A DNA stretch of 31,799 nucleotides. It comes from Candidatus Thorarchaeota archaeon SMTZ1-45 (GTDB lineage: Archaea; Asgardarchaeota; Thorarchaeia; Thorarchaeales; Thorarchaeaceae). Below are positions 9,479 to 19,257 of this stretch, one piece after another. Location of the stretch: NCBI GenBank assembly GCA_001563335.1, contig LRSL01000107.1:1-31799 (forward strand), read 5' to 3'. Below the pieces are notes generated by a model. That model did no database searches. It saw only the letters and a list, made by a program, of their open reading frames with translations, and had not been told where the DNA came from. Within the stretch, counting starts at the first letter, position 1. Each line of letters begins with the position of its first letter. The translations under genes were made by a program, and so were the position numbers.

Positions 9479-9759
9479 TTATACACAACCTCAACAATTC
9501 CTATTGTTGAACGGCCTCGCTTAGCATCAGCTAGCATAAATGTATTCCGAGAAGCCAAAAAATCGTTCACAAAAGGCTTCTTCAAACCATCTTTTGAATT
9601 AACAGAGAATAAAAACCTGAATTATATTCTGAGCAGTTCTCTATCATACTCTGAGCATGAACCTAGTATTGGCAGCAACATACAAGCTAACATATGGTTA
9701 TACTCATCAAGTATCCAAAGCGCACATTGCTCCTCCCGGCGTTGTGCGTTTGTTTCTTT

Positions 9760-9785
9760 ATGAAAAGGGAGCTAGAATGCTCCCT
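9760..9785 (-). terminator. Stem-loop plus short U tract after the DRTGG gene
   Basis: AGGGAGC-N6-GCTCCCT (9766-9785), followed by T residues on the minus strand. Confidence 0.6.
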
Positions 9786-9798
9786 GCCTTCTCTCTAC

Positions 9799-10863
9799 CT
9801 AGCTGAGGATTTTATCCATATCCAATGATTCTCCAACTATTTTCTCAACAATTGCCAGCTTCTCTTTATTTTCAGCCGTTACTGTTCCAATTAGATTGTC
9901 AACAATTTGACCTGTGGTATAGGTATCATGAGCAGTCATCATAATTGGTACACCTAATTCACGAGCACGAGCTATGGTTCCAATTTCAGGACCCATTCCG
10001 CCAGTTAGGATAAGGAGGTTCGTGTCTGTTTCGAGTGCGGCAAGACAAATATCAGATCTATCACCGCTTGTAATAACAGCTTTATCGGAAGTTCTTCTGA
10101 ACCATTTCAATGCATTCTCTGGAGCCATACTACCAACCATGAATTTCTCAATAAGAATATCCATTTTTTCAGCTCCTGTTATCATCTCCCCTTCAAGCGC
10201 TTTTTGAATTTCTCGAATAGTAGGACTAAACAGTTCACGGTGAAGATATAGAACTCCAACAAGCCCAACTCCTTGCTTTTCAAGAAAAGGACCAATCTGT
10301 TCTGAAACAGTTCTTTTCAACATCGGAGGAACCATATTGAGAATTATACTTACTTTTTCAATTCCCTGATGCCTAAATAGTTCTATCTGAAGAAGGACAT
10401 CATCAATGGCTTCAATATCAGGGAAGTTCACTAGACATATAACAGATGCATTGAGTTCTTTTGCTATCCGTGGTGTTGATAGATCTACATGTAAAAGGTG
10501 CCAAGATGCTTTCGTGCCTTCGATAAGGACATAGTCTAAATTTGTAGAGATCTCCGTATAGCAGGTTTTGATTTTCTTCAACAAATTTTCGTGGCCAATA
10601 TGCAGCAACTCATCAAAACTTGACTTAGTTCGAACGATAGGACTAATAGATGAAAGAGGATGTTTCAGTCCAAGAAGTTCTTTCATTATAGCTGCATCCT
10701 CATCAACATCTTCGGTGCTTGTACTGTATTCATAGCTTTTTGTCCCAACAGGTTTGAAGTAACCAACGGAGTTGTTTCTGTCCTTTAGCTTAGCTGCTAG
10801 AGCTATAGCAACCATAGTCTTTCCAGTAAGTGTATCTCCACTAATTACAATGTTAATAGTCAT
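9799..10863 (-). CDS. Phosphotransacetylase N-terminal-like (BioD-like P-loop + DRTGG domain) protein
   Basis: TGKT, VGYFKPVG, LIEG, ITSGDRSD, LILTGG; no Pta catalytic domain; start at MTINIV behind GGAGGGTGA. Confidence 0.9.
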   Translation of the reverse strand: MTINIVISGDTLTGKTMVAIALAAKLKDRNNSVGYFKPVGTKSYEYSTSTEDVDEDAAIMKELLGLKHPLSSISPIVRTKSSFDELLHIGHENLLKKIKTCYTEISTNLDYVLIEGTKASWHLLHVDLSTPRIAKELNASVICLVNFPDIEAIDDVLLQIELFRHQGIEKVSIILNMVPPMLKRTVSEQIGPFLEKQGVGLVGVLYLHRELFSPTIREIQKALEGEMITGAEKMDILIEKFMVGSMAPENALKWFRRTSDKAVITSGDRSDICLAALETDTNLLILTGGMGPEIGTIARARELGVPIMMTAHDTYTTGQIVDNLIGTVTAENKEKLAIVEKIVGESLDMDKILS

Positions 10864-10867
10864 ATTA

Positions 10868-12982
10868 TCACCCTCCAATCGTTATCTTAACATCAACTGC
10901 TGTGACTCCATTTCCTTTTTCATATGCAAAGGCAGGATTAATGTCGAGTTCAACAATTTCTTCAAAATCCGTGACTAGTTGACTTATCTTAAGAATAGTA
11001 TCCTCGATAGCTAAAAGATCGCTAGGTGCCTCACCTCTAACACCTTTCAAAAGAGTCCCTATCTTTGTTTCAAGTATTAACTCACTTGCGTCTCTATGGG
11101 TCATAGGGGCGAGACGAAAAGATATGTCTTTCAGATAATTGACAAAGACTCCACCAGCCCCAAACATTACTAAAGGACCGAACTGTACATCCCTAGAACA
11201 ACCAATTATCAATTCCTTACCTTTCTTAGCCATCTCTTGCACATCCACACCATAAATCAGTGCATTTGGGACATGAGCCTTAACATTGTCCAGGATTTGT
11301 AAGAAAGCTTCTTCAACCTCCTCAGGCGTTTCAAGTCCAATACGAATTCCTCCAATGTCACTTTTATGCACGATGTCAGGACTTGCAATCTTCAAGACAA
11401 CTGGATAACCAAGTTCAGCCGCAAGGAGCTTTGCCTCTTTTGAGCTCGTTGCGAGTTTGATTTTTGCTACAGGGATTCCATAAACTTCGGCAATCGCATG
11501 AGCTTCGTTTCCGAGGAGAACACGACGGTTGTCTTTTCGCACATTCTCTATTATTTCAGCAGCTTTTTTCTTGTCGATTTTGAAGGTAGGTATTGATTCT
11601 TCCTTTAAGCTATCTCGAATGACTGTATAATGATAAAGTTCTGCAATTGCATGAACTGCACGTTCTGGAAAATCGAAAATAGGAATTCCGCCCTCAGTGA
11701 GTACTATTCTTGGATATACCATGGAGTTACCACCCATAAAAACAGCAATCAATGGTTTGTGAGGGTACTTCTTATGAGATTCTACTATGACTTGTGCAGT
11801 TTCAGTTTCTTTTGTCATCGCTTGAGGAGTTAATAATACAAGTACTGAATCCACATTCTCATCTTGAAGCGAGGCATCTATACATAACGCATAGTCTTCA
11901 GGTTGTGCAGTTCCAAGAGCATCAATAGGATTGTAAACGGAAGCAGCTGGTGGTAAGTTCTTTTTTAGAAAATCTATTGTTTCCGACGACAGTTGGGCGA
12001 TCTCCAGTCCACTCACTTCACATGCATCAGTTGTAAGAATGCCAGGACCTCCTGCATTTGTCACGATTGCTACACGATTACCAGATGGCAGATGCATATC
12101 ATCAAATACCGAGGCAACATCGAATAAAGCCGCCATATTGCTTGCACGTCTCACACCGCATTGTTTGAACGCAACAGAATAAGCGGTATCGCTTCCAGCC
12201 AATGAGCCAGTATGCGAAGTTGCCGCTCGAGCTCCTGCCATACTAACACCTGATTTTACCACAAAGATTGGTTTTTTTGGAATAACTTTTCTACATGCTT
12301 CCATGAACTTGCGACCATCAACGACAGACTCAATATAGAGAAGAATGAATGTAGAATCAGGGTCTCTTCCGAATGCTTCTATAAAATCAGATTCGTTCAA
12401 ATGTGCTTTATTACCCAGACTAACAAATTTCGAGAATCCAATCTTTTCCATAAGGCTCCAGTCAAGAATGCCGGTCATTAGAGCACCAGATTGAGATGCA
12501 AACGCGATTTTACCCTTTCTTGGAGTTCCTGCTGAGAATGATGCATTATATGGAACATTTGTGTTTATGATGCCAAGGCAATTCGGACCTTGAATAACCA
12601 TCTCATACTTTTCTGCAAGCTCGACCAGTTTCTTTTCAGCTTCTTGACCTTCATGACCGATCTCTTTGAAACCCGCAGTTATAATTACAAGTGCTTTCAC
12701 ACCTTTTTTTCCACATTCTTCTACCACAGGAATTACGTGAACTGCTGGGATAACAATGATACCCATATCAACATGATTAGGGATCTCAGAAACAGAACGA
12801 TACGCTTTAAGTCCCAGAATCTCGCCGCCACGAGGATTCACAGGATAGATTCGACTATTGAATCCACTCTCAATCAGATTTCGAAGAACATCATTACCTA
12901 GTTTCCCCTTTGTTTCAGATGCACCAATTACTGCAATTGAACGCGGGTTGAATAGGTGATCAATTCCCTTCTGACGATTCAC
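10868..12982 (-). CDS. acdAB: ADP-forming acetate/acyl-CoA ligase (ACD), fused alpha-beta
   Basis: SIAVIGAS, GPNCLG, SQSGAL, SHTGSLAG phospho-His, NPID, HKSDIGG, ELDINP. Confidence 0.93.
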   Translation of the reverse strand: MNRQKGIDHLFNPRSIAVIGASETKGKLGNDVLRNLIESGFNSRIYPVNPRGGEILGLKAYRSVSEIPNHVDMGIIVIPAVHVIPVVEECGKKGVKALVIITAGFKEIGHEGQEAEKKLVELAEKYEMVIQGPNCLGIINTNVPYNASFSAGTPRKGKIAFASQSGALMTGILDWSLMEKIGFSKFVSLGNKAHLNESDFIEAFGRDPDSTFILLYIESVVDGRKFMEACRKVIPKKPIFVVKSGVSMAGARAATSHTGSLAGSDTAYSVAFKQCGVRRASNMAALFDVASVFDDMHLPSGNRVAIVTNAGGPGILTTDACEVSGLEIAQLSSETIDFLKKNLPPAASVYNPIDALGTAQPEDYALCIDASLQDENVDSVLVLLTPQAMTKETETAQVIVESHKKYPHKPLIAVFMGGNSMVYPRIVLTEGGIPIFDFPERAVHAIAELYHYTVIRDSLKEESIPTFKIDKKKAAEIIENVRKDNRRVLLGNEAHAIAEVYGIPVAKIKLATSSKEAKLLAAELGYPVVLKIASPDIVHKSDIGGIRIGLETPEEVEEAFLQILDNVKAHVPNALIYGVDVQEMAKKGKELIIGCSRDVQFGPLVMFGAGGVFVNYLKDISFRLAPMTHRDASELILETKIGTLLKGVRGEAPSDLLAIEDTILKISQLVTDFEEIVELDINPAFAYEKGNGVTAVDVKITIGG

Positions 12983-13100
12983 TTCTCTGCACGACCCGAG
13001 TTTGGTCTAAGTCGGTCGTCAAAGTTAGTTGGTTATAAGATATCGGTTTTGACAATGATAAAACATCAATTAGACATTATTCCAAGTTGATTATCGACCT

Positions 13101-13109
13101 AGTATTACT
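13101..13109. promoter_or_regulatory. Palindrome AGTA-T-TACT upstream of the RHH gene, candidate autoregulatory operator
   Basis: 9-bp palindrome about 50 bp upstream of ATG 13159; resembles the recalled aCcr1 box. Confidence 0.4.
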
Positions 13110-13158
13110 CACAATCATATTCAGGTATGACAGAGAACATACTTAGGTGAATACCGAG

Positions 13159-13299
13159 ATGAAGCTCGTTACCTTACACATTCCTGAAACGTATGTGGAC
13201 GGATTGGAGAAGCTTGTTGAGAATAATCTCTATCCAAATAGATCAGAAGCCATCCGAATTGCAATTCGCGACCTACTCAAAAGAGAGCTGTGGGGTTGA
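13159..13299 (+). CDS. Small ribbon-helix-helix (CopG/Arc) regulator, CdrS/aCcr1-like, 46 aa; below the ORF-track size cutoff
   Basis: MKLVTLHIPETYVDGLEKLVENNLYPNRSEAIRIAIRDLLKRELWG; AGGTGA RBS; own terminator. Confidence 0.92.
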   Translation: MKLVTLHIPETYVDGLEKLVENNLYPNRSEAIRIAIRDLLKRELWG

Positions 13300-13305
13300 T
13301 TTCAT

Positions 13306-13335
13306 AATGGAGCCCCACAAGCTCCATTCTTTTTT
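13306..13335 (+). terminator. Stem-loop plus U tract after the RHH gene
   Basis: AATGGAGC-CCCACAA-GCTCCATT followed by CTTTTTT. Confidence 0.8.
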
Positions 13336-13455
13336 CCGAACATCCTAGATTCATTCAAATGCGAAATTAGAGTCGGGACAATAATGAATCGCCACCACGT
13401 TCGGGGTGGAGTACGTACCTAGCTGTGTCTTAAGAATTGTCCAGAGGCTTTTCGT

Positions 13456-14406
13456 TTGAACACTGACCCAAATATTCTCCCAGATGAACATGTTCATCTT
13501 GTGAGAGGCTGTCCTTGCTACAGAGAATTTGGCGAAGAGAAGGTTTGCTTAAACAGCGATAGTGTTTTTCCAATAAATGCAATCTCAGTCGATCCGAGTT
13601 TTTTCGTCAAACTTGTTTCAAAAGATCAGTTGGGTGCTTTTCAGAGTAACAACAAGAATATGTGTTACCTTTTGATGTTGCTAGATCGGAATGAAGGATT
13701 TTGCTATTGTGTGAGTCAGAATCAGCGAATTAGTATAAATAAAAAAGATGTCAAAGTATCTGAGATTGATAGTGCATTGCAATTCGTTACATCTACCGAA
13801 AAGAGCAGAGATGGTGTGCTTTGCTCAGATTGCCTCTATAGGTATCTAAGAACCTTAGGTGAGAGTTCTGTCGACTTCTTGACAGATAGCGAAAGAGAAG
13901 AGATTATTGCAACCTATGTTCGTGAGTTAGCAACTAATTTGGCAGTACAGCTGAGTAATTATGAAACGAGTGAGGGAGTTTCAGATTTCAATGATCATCT
14001 ATGGAAGTATCTTAGGGAGATAAACAGAAGCAGATCCCACTGGGCATCGATGATTCTTAACCTAAAAAAAACAGAAGCGGAAGATGAGTTGGTTGAGTTG
14101 ATAGAAGCCTATAGTACGCTCGCTCGCTTAGAATCGGTTTTCATATTTCAGGTATTATCTCTTGATGATCCAGATAACGAAACAGACCCGCTTAGCTCCC
14201 TTCGGTTCATGGTAGGAACTTCTGAAAAGGTCATATCTGTCAGCAATTCGATTCGAGAGCTAACGAATAGATTAATGGAACTTAATGCATTACCAGACAA
14301 AATCCAAGAAATGCTCTCTAAACATTCCGAGGCAAGAAAGGCAACGGAATACAAGTTCAGCAATCTTGTTTCAGCACTTCATAAAATAGATGCACGTACT
14401 ACATAA
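13456..14406 (+). CDS. Hypothetical Cys-rich N-domain plus helical bundle protein (paralog A)
   Basis: 316-aa ORF, TTG start, alignable by eye to the next gene. Confidence 0.85.
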   Translation: MNTDPNILPDEHVHLVRGCPCYREFGEEKVCLNSDSVFPINAISVDPSFFVKLVSKDQLGAFQSNNKNMCYLLMLLDRNEGFCYCVSQNQRISINKKDVKVSEIDSALQFVTSTEKSRDGVLCSDCLYRYLRTLGESSVDFLTDSEREEIIATYVRELATNLAVQLSNYETSEGVSDFNDHLWKYLREINRSRSHWASMILNLKKTEAEDELVELIEAYSTLARLESVFIFQVLSLDDPDNETDPLSSLRFMVGTSEKVISVSNSIRELTNRLMELNALPDKIQEMLSKHSEARKATEYKFSNLVSALHKIDARTT

Positions 14407-14492
14407 TAAGTGCTAAATGGCTACCAGATTTAATCAGGCATGCTTTGTGAACGTTTTGCAGAATGTTCGTTTGAGTTGGAGAAAAAAATACT

Positions 14493-15461
14493 TTGTTAGA
14501 CACTAACAAACAAGAACAAAAATCCACAATAAAGCTAGTTAGAGGTTGTCCAGTCTACAAAGTATTTGGTGATGAAAGACTCTGTGTTAATGATGATAAA
14601 GTCCTTGAGATTGAAGCTATTGAGATTGATCCATCAATATTTTCATTCCATTATGATAAAGAGAGCATGGAGGAAGAGCGAGCGACTGAAGGGACTGTAT
14701 GTTATGCATCAATCTATATCAATTATCCAAACAATAAGGTCTATTGTATCTCACAAGGATGGGTTTTGAGAATACATGGTAAAGATGTCCCTGGAAATGA
14801 TCTAGAAGATGCAATGCAGTTTCTATCAACAAAAGAAATCACTAGTAATGCAGAAATCTGTTCTGAGTGCCTCTATAAATTCATCTTAACACTAGGGGAC
14901 ACTTTTACAGATCTATTAACAGAGAAAGAAAAAACTGAAGAAGTGAAGAGATACGTAGACAAGTTTTCCCTCATGATTGCAGTGAAACATAGTCAAACTG
15001 ACCAGATGATGGAACCAATAGGAACAGAAGAAGACATTGAGAATGGTGTGGACCATTTCCAATTTCTTCGTAGCTATTTAGTACAACTTCTTGATCAACA
15101 GAGCTATTGGTCACGACTTGGACAGGAACTAGAAGGTGAAGGAGCTGACACTTGGATACGCAATCTCGTTGCAATGAGGGAAAAACTTGCTAGATTAGAA
15201 TTCCAATTCTATAGTCAGACACTCCAGCTTCGCGATATCAATCAGTTCAACATACTCATCAAAATGCTTCAATATGTTCTGAAAACTTCTGATGAGATAA
15301 TTGAACTAAATAATACAATTCATTCTGAGATCAGGTCCAATCGATTTAGTCAACTATTAGAGAGAGATGATAGATTAGAGATTCTCTCAGGGTATGGTGA
15401 AAAGAGTCGGACTATTGAACACAATTTTGGAAATATCCTCCAGATTTTGACCAAACTCTAG
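14493..15461 (+). CDS. Hypothetical Cys-rich N-domain plus helical bundle protein (paralog B)
   Basis: 322-aa ORF, TTG start, shares LVRGCP.Y..FG and CSxCLY with the previous gene. Confidence 0.88.
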   Translation: MLDTNKQEQKSTIKLVRGCPVYKVFGDERLCVNDDKVLEIEAIEIDPSIFSFHYDKESMEEERATEGTVCYASIYINYPNNKVYCISQGWVLRIHGKDVPGNDLEDAMQFLSTKEITSNAEICSECLYKFILTLGDTFTDLLTEKEKTEEVKRYVDKFSLMIAVKHSQTDQMMEPIGTEEDIENGVDHFQFLRSYLVQLLDQQSYWSRLGQELEGEGADTWIRNLVAMREKLARLEFQFYSQTLQLRDINQFNILIKMLQYVLKTSDEIIELNNTIHSEIRSNRFSQLLERDDRLEILSGYGEKSRTIEHNFGNILQILTKL

Positions 15462-15466
15462 TCTGT

Positions 15467-16072
15467 CTATACTGTGAATCTGGGGTCTGAGAGAATTGTT
15501 TCTACTAGGCGAATAGCTGTTGGTTTCTCTTGTTTTGTATTCCATTCCTCTGCAAAGTCATTAAACAATGAAAGGTCCTCTAACAGAATGATAGCTAGCT
15601 CCCTTAGATCCGGGATTACGACCTCAGGTCCACTACCAAGTCCAGGACAGATGTCTTTGAGAGCACTCAACCCCCAGGTTATATCATCACCATTGCTTTG
15701 GAACACGAATGGAAATGACATGCAGACACCTGGTCGTATCAGATGTATCATACAGAGATTATCCTTTAAGAAAACGCATTCTCCATTCTCCATCTTTTTG
15801 ATGGCTACATACGCTTGCCCTTTCTCAGTATTGAAAGATGGAATATCTCGCAGACCTTTAGGTAGGACTGCATTCGATATTAAATAGAAATCAAGGGCTT
15901 TTAACACATCATTCGATTCAAGACCCAAACCTGTTGAAAGCCGAGCTATATCACGTCCAGTAACAGTGACTAATAACGAATCAGTTCGACAGCATGTGCC
16001 ACATTTTGTACATTCAAATCTAATGCTGTCATTTTTAGGATTCACAGGATAATCCTCCATATGAATAATCAT
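15467..16072 (-). CDS. YkgJ-family cysteine-cluster protein
   Basis: FECTKCGTCC, CVFL...CMIH..RP.VCMSFPF, CPG; start may be ATG 16060. Confidence 0.9.
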   Translation of the reverse strand: MIIHMEDYPVNPKNDSIRFECTKCGTCCRTDSLLVTVTGRDIARLSTGLGLESNDVLKALDFYLISNAVLPKGLRDIPSFNTEKGQAYVAIKKMENGECVFLKDNLCMIHLIRPGVCMSFPFVFQSNGDDITWGLSALKDICPGLGSGPEVVIPDLRELAIILLEDLSLFNDFAEEWNTKQEKPTAIRLVETILSDPRFTV

Positions 16073-16077
16073 GAGCT

Positions 16078-17256
16078 CTAGATTAGTGAGAGAAGAAACT
16101 CTGCAAGTTTGCCAAGACCTTCCTTAATCTCTGACAACTCAGTAGCATAGGAAAAGCGGAGGTGACTATCGTAATACTTCCCAAACGATATTCCGGGAGT
16201 TGATGTAATGCCAACTTTCATGAGTATCAACTCAGCAAGAGTGTTACTACTAAGACCGTATGTTGAAAAATCTGGGAATACATAAAATGCCCCCTTTGGA
16301 TTCACACACTGGACACCAGGCATATTGCAGAAAATACTAGTGATTGCATCACGACGTTTTTGATATTCTGTGGTCATATTTTCTATTGAGCTCTGATCAC
16401 CCTTGAGTGCTTCAGAACCAGCATATTGTACGAAAGAGGTGGCACAGGAAGTAGTATTCTGCTGAATACGAACCATATTATTGATAGTTTCCTCATTCCC
16501 TACAGCAAATCCCAATCGCCAGCCAGTCATCGAGTATGTTTTGGAAAACCCATTGATGACCAGGGTGTGTTCCATATCCGTGTCGATTTCCAACATAGAA
16601 GTTTGTTTGAATCCATCATAGACTAGCATCTCATAGATCTCGTCAGAGAAGACGACAAAATCGTGATCAATTGCGAGATCATGGATTAGTTTCATATGGT
16701 CCTTCTCGAGAACCCCACCAGTCGGATTATTTGGTGTGTTAATCACAAGAGCTGTCACAGATTTCGAGCAAGCGTTTTTGAGTTCTTCTTCATCAAGTAC
16801 ATATCCAGGAAATGTAGGGACATCAACCGGTTTAGCACCAACTGTTCTTATCATGACTCGATAAGTTGGCCAAGCGGGGGAGAGTAGCAGCACATCATCT
16901 CCTGCATCAATTGTACTGAGAAATCCTTGAAAGAGTGCCATCTTTGCACCTGGAGTCACAATGACATTTTTTGAACCATCAATGTTTATTCCGCGATTAG
17001 CATAGTGTTTCTCAATACCATCAAGGAGAGGTGGAATACCTCTTGCAGGAGTATATCTTGTAAAACCATGATTTAGGGCTTCAATCCCTGCAGCAACTAT
17101 GTTATCAGGAGTCGGAAAATCAGGTTGACCAATATCAAAATGATAGATACGCCTACCTTCAGCTTCTAAACGTTTTGCTAATTCAAACATCCTGAGTGTA
17201 CCGGAAGCAGGAATCCGCTCCATTGTATGAGATGTCCAATCCATAGGATGCACCAC
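16078..17256 (-). CDS. Class I/II PLP-dependent (aspartate-type) aminotransferase
   Basis: IGQPDF, GAKMAL, NTPNNPTG, SDEIY, GFSKTYSMTGWRLG, GAFY; start may be ATG 17244. Confidence 0.95.
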   Translation of the reverse strand: MVHPMDWTSHTMERIPASGTLRMFELAKRLEAEGRRIYHFDIGQPDFPTPDNIVAAGIEALNHGFTRYTPARGIPPLLDGIEKHYANRGINIDGSKNVIVTPGAKMALFQGFLSTIDAGDDVLLLSPAWPTYRVMIRTVGAKPVDVPTFPGYVLDEEELKNACSKSVTALVINTPNNPTGGVLEKDHMKLIHDLAIDHDFVVFSDEIYEMLVYDGFKQTSMLEIDTDMEHTLVINGFSKTYSMTGWRLGFAVGNEETINNMVRIQQNTTSCATSFVQYAGSEALKGDQSSIENMTTEYQKRRDAITSIFCNMPGVQCVNPKGAFYVFPDFSTYGLSSNTLAELILMKVGITSTPGISFGKYYDSHLRFSYATELSEIKEGLGKLAEFLLSLI

Positions 17257-17341
17257 AAGTTACAAATTGTAGACATCAATTAAAGTGCCTTTGAGGTCTA
17301 ATCGCTGTTTTTTACATAATGATAAAGTCTTTCCTAATGAG

Positions 17342-18166
17342 CTATTTATTGAGAATTCTTGATAGTTCCTCTTTCTGATGTTCAGTACCTCGGACCAATA
17401 TTCTGTCAGACAACACTTCACCCATTCCAAGACTAGTAGCGATTCTAAGATAGTTTACTTTCAGTGGATCAATTCCAAGGAGACTAGAACAGAATGAATC
17501 GACTGCAACAGGGTCTAATCCAACTACAACTCCTCCAATTTGTTTCGTGCGACCTTCAGTCCGAGACCCAATTACAACCTCTGTTAAGTCAATCACTGTA
17601 AGATTTGGTCTGTATGCATCTAGCAAGTCCATCAAGACATGGTCTATTGATGTGTGGTAAATACTCTTATCCAATTCAGGTAGAAGGCCAAACAAGTTCT
17701 TAATACCTGCACCGACTGTGCAAATTTCAGGTTCTGCTTTTAAGGTGGCAATATTAATCAGGAATATATTGTCATGCAGGATACCTGGCATTTTCCGACT
17801 TTGAAAGAAATGCCCTGCGAATTTTATGGATGTCAATTCCGAATCAGAGAGATTGAGCAACTCAGCTCCCTCATCCTCAAGCTCTAAATAGCCACATCTA
17901 GCAAATGCATCCTTTGCCATCCTCAGGGGATTGTCACTTTCTACAACACATATAGGTCCTATTGAACGAAACATATGAACCACAGATCGAACAACATTAA
18001 CGTTTGTATTCCCAGGTAGGTCAGGGTCATAGATAGAGGGTTTGATGACAACTCTTTGCACATTTCGAGGTGGAACTAGTGGTTCATTCAATCTTGAGAG
18101 AGCTGTTCGTAATGCTTCGTGAGGATTTCTTCGAACACCAATAGCTACTTCAGAAATTGATGCCAT
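17342..18166 (-). CDS. DUF362 domain protein
   Basis: VVIKPS, VVESD, GIKNLFGL, LTVID, DPVAVD, GMGE. Confidence 0.85.
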   Translation of the reverse strand: MASISEVAIGVRRNPHEALRTALSRLNEPLVPPRNVQRVVIKPSIYDPDLPGNTNVNVVRSVVHMFRSIGPICVVESDNPLRMAKDAFARCGYLELEDEGAELLNLSDSELTSIKFAGHFFQSRKMPGILHDNIFLINIATLKAEPEICTVGAGIKNLFGLLPELDKSIYHTSIDHVLMDLLDAYRPNLTVIDLTEVVIGSRTEGRTKQIGGVVVGLDPVAVDSFCSSLLGIDPLKVNYLRIATSLGMGEVLSDRILVRGTEHQKEELSRILNK

Positions 18167-18225
18167 GATTACAATTCTTTCATGTCCAAGGTTTTAAGTG
18201 AGTCCCCGTGTTCATAATCCAAGGC

Positions 18226-19257
18226 ATGAAGCTCACGGACAAACAAAGAGAACGATATTCACGAATGCTAGCACTTCGTGATTTTTCGGATGATGATATG
18301 GAAACTATCATGAACACAACTGTAGCTATGCTTGGTGCAGGTGGACTTGGAAGTCCATCGCTTCGTCTTCTTACTGCCATCGGGTTTGGTAGGATCAGGA
18401 TTGTGGACCGAGATATCGTTGAACTTTCAAACATACAGAGACAGACAGTATTCAATACTCGGGATATTGGCAAACCAAAGGCAGAGGCAGCAGCTGAAAA
18501 TCTCGAGCTGATGAATCCGGAGGTTCAATTTGATCCAATCTGCGTTTCAATAGATGATGAAAATGGAATTGATGTGCTAAAGGGAGTTGACATTATTTTA
18601 GATGGGTTGGACTCATTCAAAGCTCGAAGAGCAGTCAACAAAGCAAGTCTTGAGTTGAAAATCCCATATGTTTTTTCGGGCGCTGTTGAGTATTATGCAA
18701 ACCTTACAACATTTGTACCAGGAAAAACAGGTTGTCTGCAATGTGTAATGGGCGATGCTCAAGACAATCCGGAAAACACATGTGCTCAGGTAGGAGTGTC
18801 ACCAACATTACTCTCCATCGCTGCGGCAGTTGAAGTAAACGAAGCATTGAAACTTGCACTAGGAAGAACGCCAGATCTAATGAACCGTTTAATGACAATT
18901 GATACAAGTACGTTAAGCATTGATTTCTTTGATATTGGTAAAGCTGAGGATTGTGAAGTTTGTTCACAACCGCAAAAGAAAGCCACAGAAAAGAAAAACG
19001 AACTCTCAGTGACTCAACTTTGCTCTCAAAGTTTCAATATTTCACCAGGAAAGACATTGAATCTTGATCTTGACACTCTAGCAAGTAATCTAGATTCAAT
19101 GTATTCTGTACAACGCAGAAAACGTTTCCTGATTGTGCATGTTGATGATAATATTCGAGTGACAGTCATGCCAGCCGGGAATCTTATTGTGAAGGGCATA
19201 GCTACCGCTGAAGAAGCAACCAAGCTCTTCCAAGACATTATAGGTGACGATAATTAA
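18226..19257 (+). CDS. ThiF/MoeB/HesA E1-like adenylyltransferase with C-terminal extension
   Basis: ERYSR, GAGGLG, VDRDIVELSNIQRQ, DGLD, CLQC and CEVC Zn ligands, TCAQVGV. Confidence 0.92.
   Translation: MKLTDKQRERYSRMLALRDFSDDDMETIMNTTVAMLGAGGLGSPSLRLLTAIGFGRIRIVDRDIVELSNIQRQTVFNTRDIGKPKAEAAAENLELMNPEVQFDPICVSIDDENGIDVLKGVDIILDGLDSFKARRAVNKASLELKIPYVFSGAVEYYANLTTFVPGKTGCLQCVMGDAQDNPENTCAQVGVSPTLLSIAAAVEVNEALKLALGRTPDLMNRLMTIDTSTLSIDFFDIGKAEDCEVCSQPQKKATEKKNELSVTQLCSQSFNISPGKTLNLDLDTLASNLDSMYSVQRRKRFLIVHVDDNIRVTVMPAGNLIVKGIATAEEATKLFQDIIGDDN

Noticed and set aside
9658-9807. Small plus-strand ORF of about 49 aa
   Set aside because: No RBS, runs through two hairpins, no recognisable features
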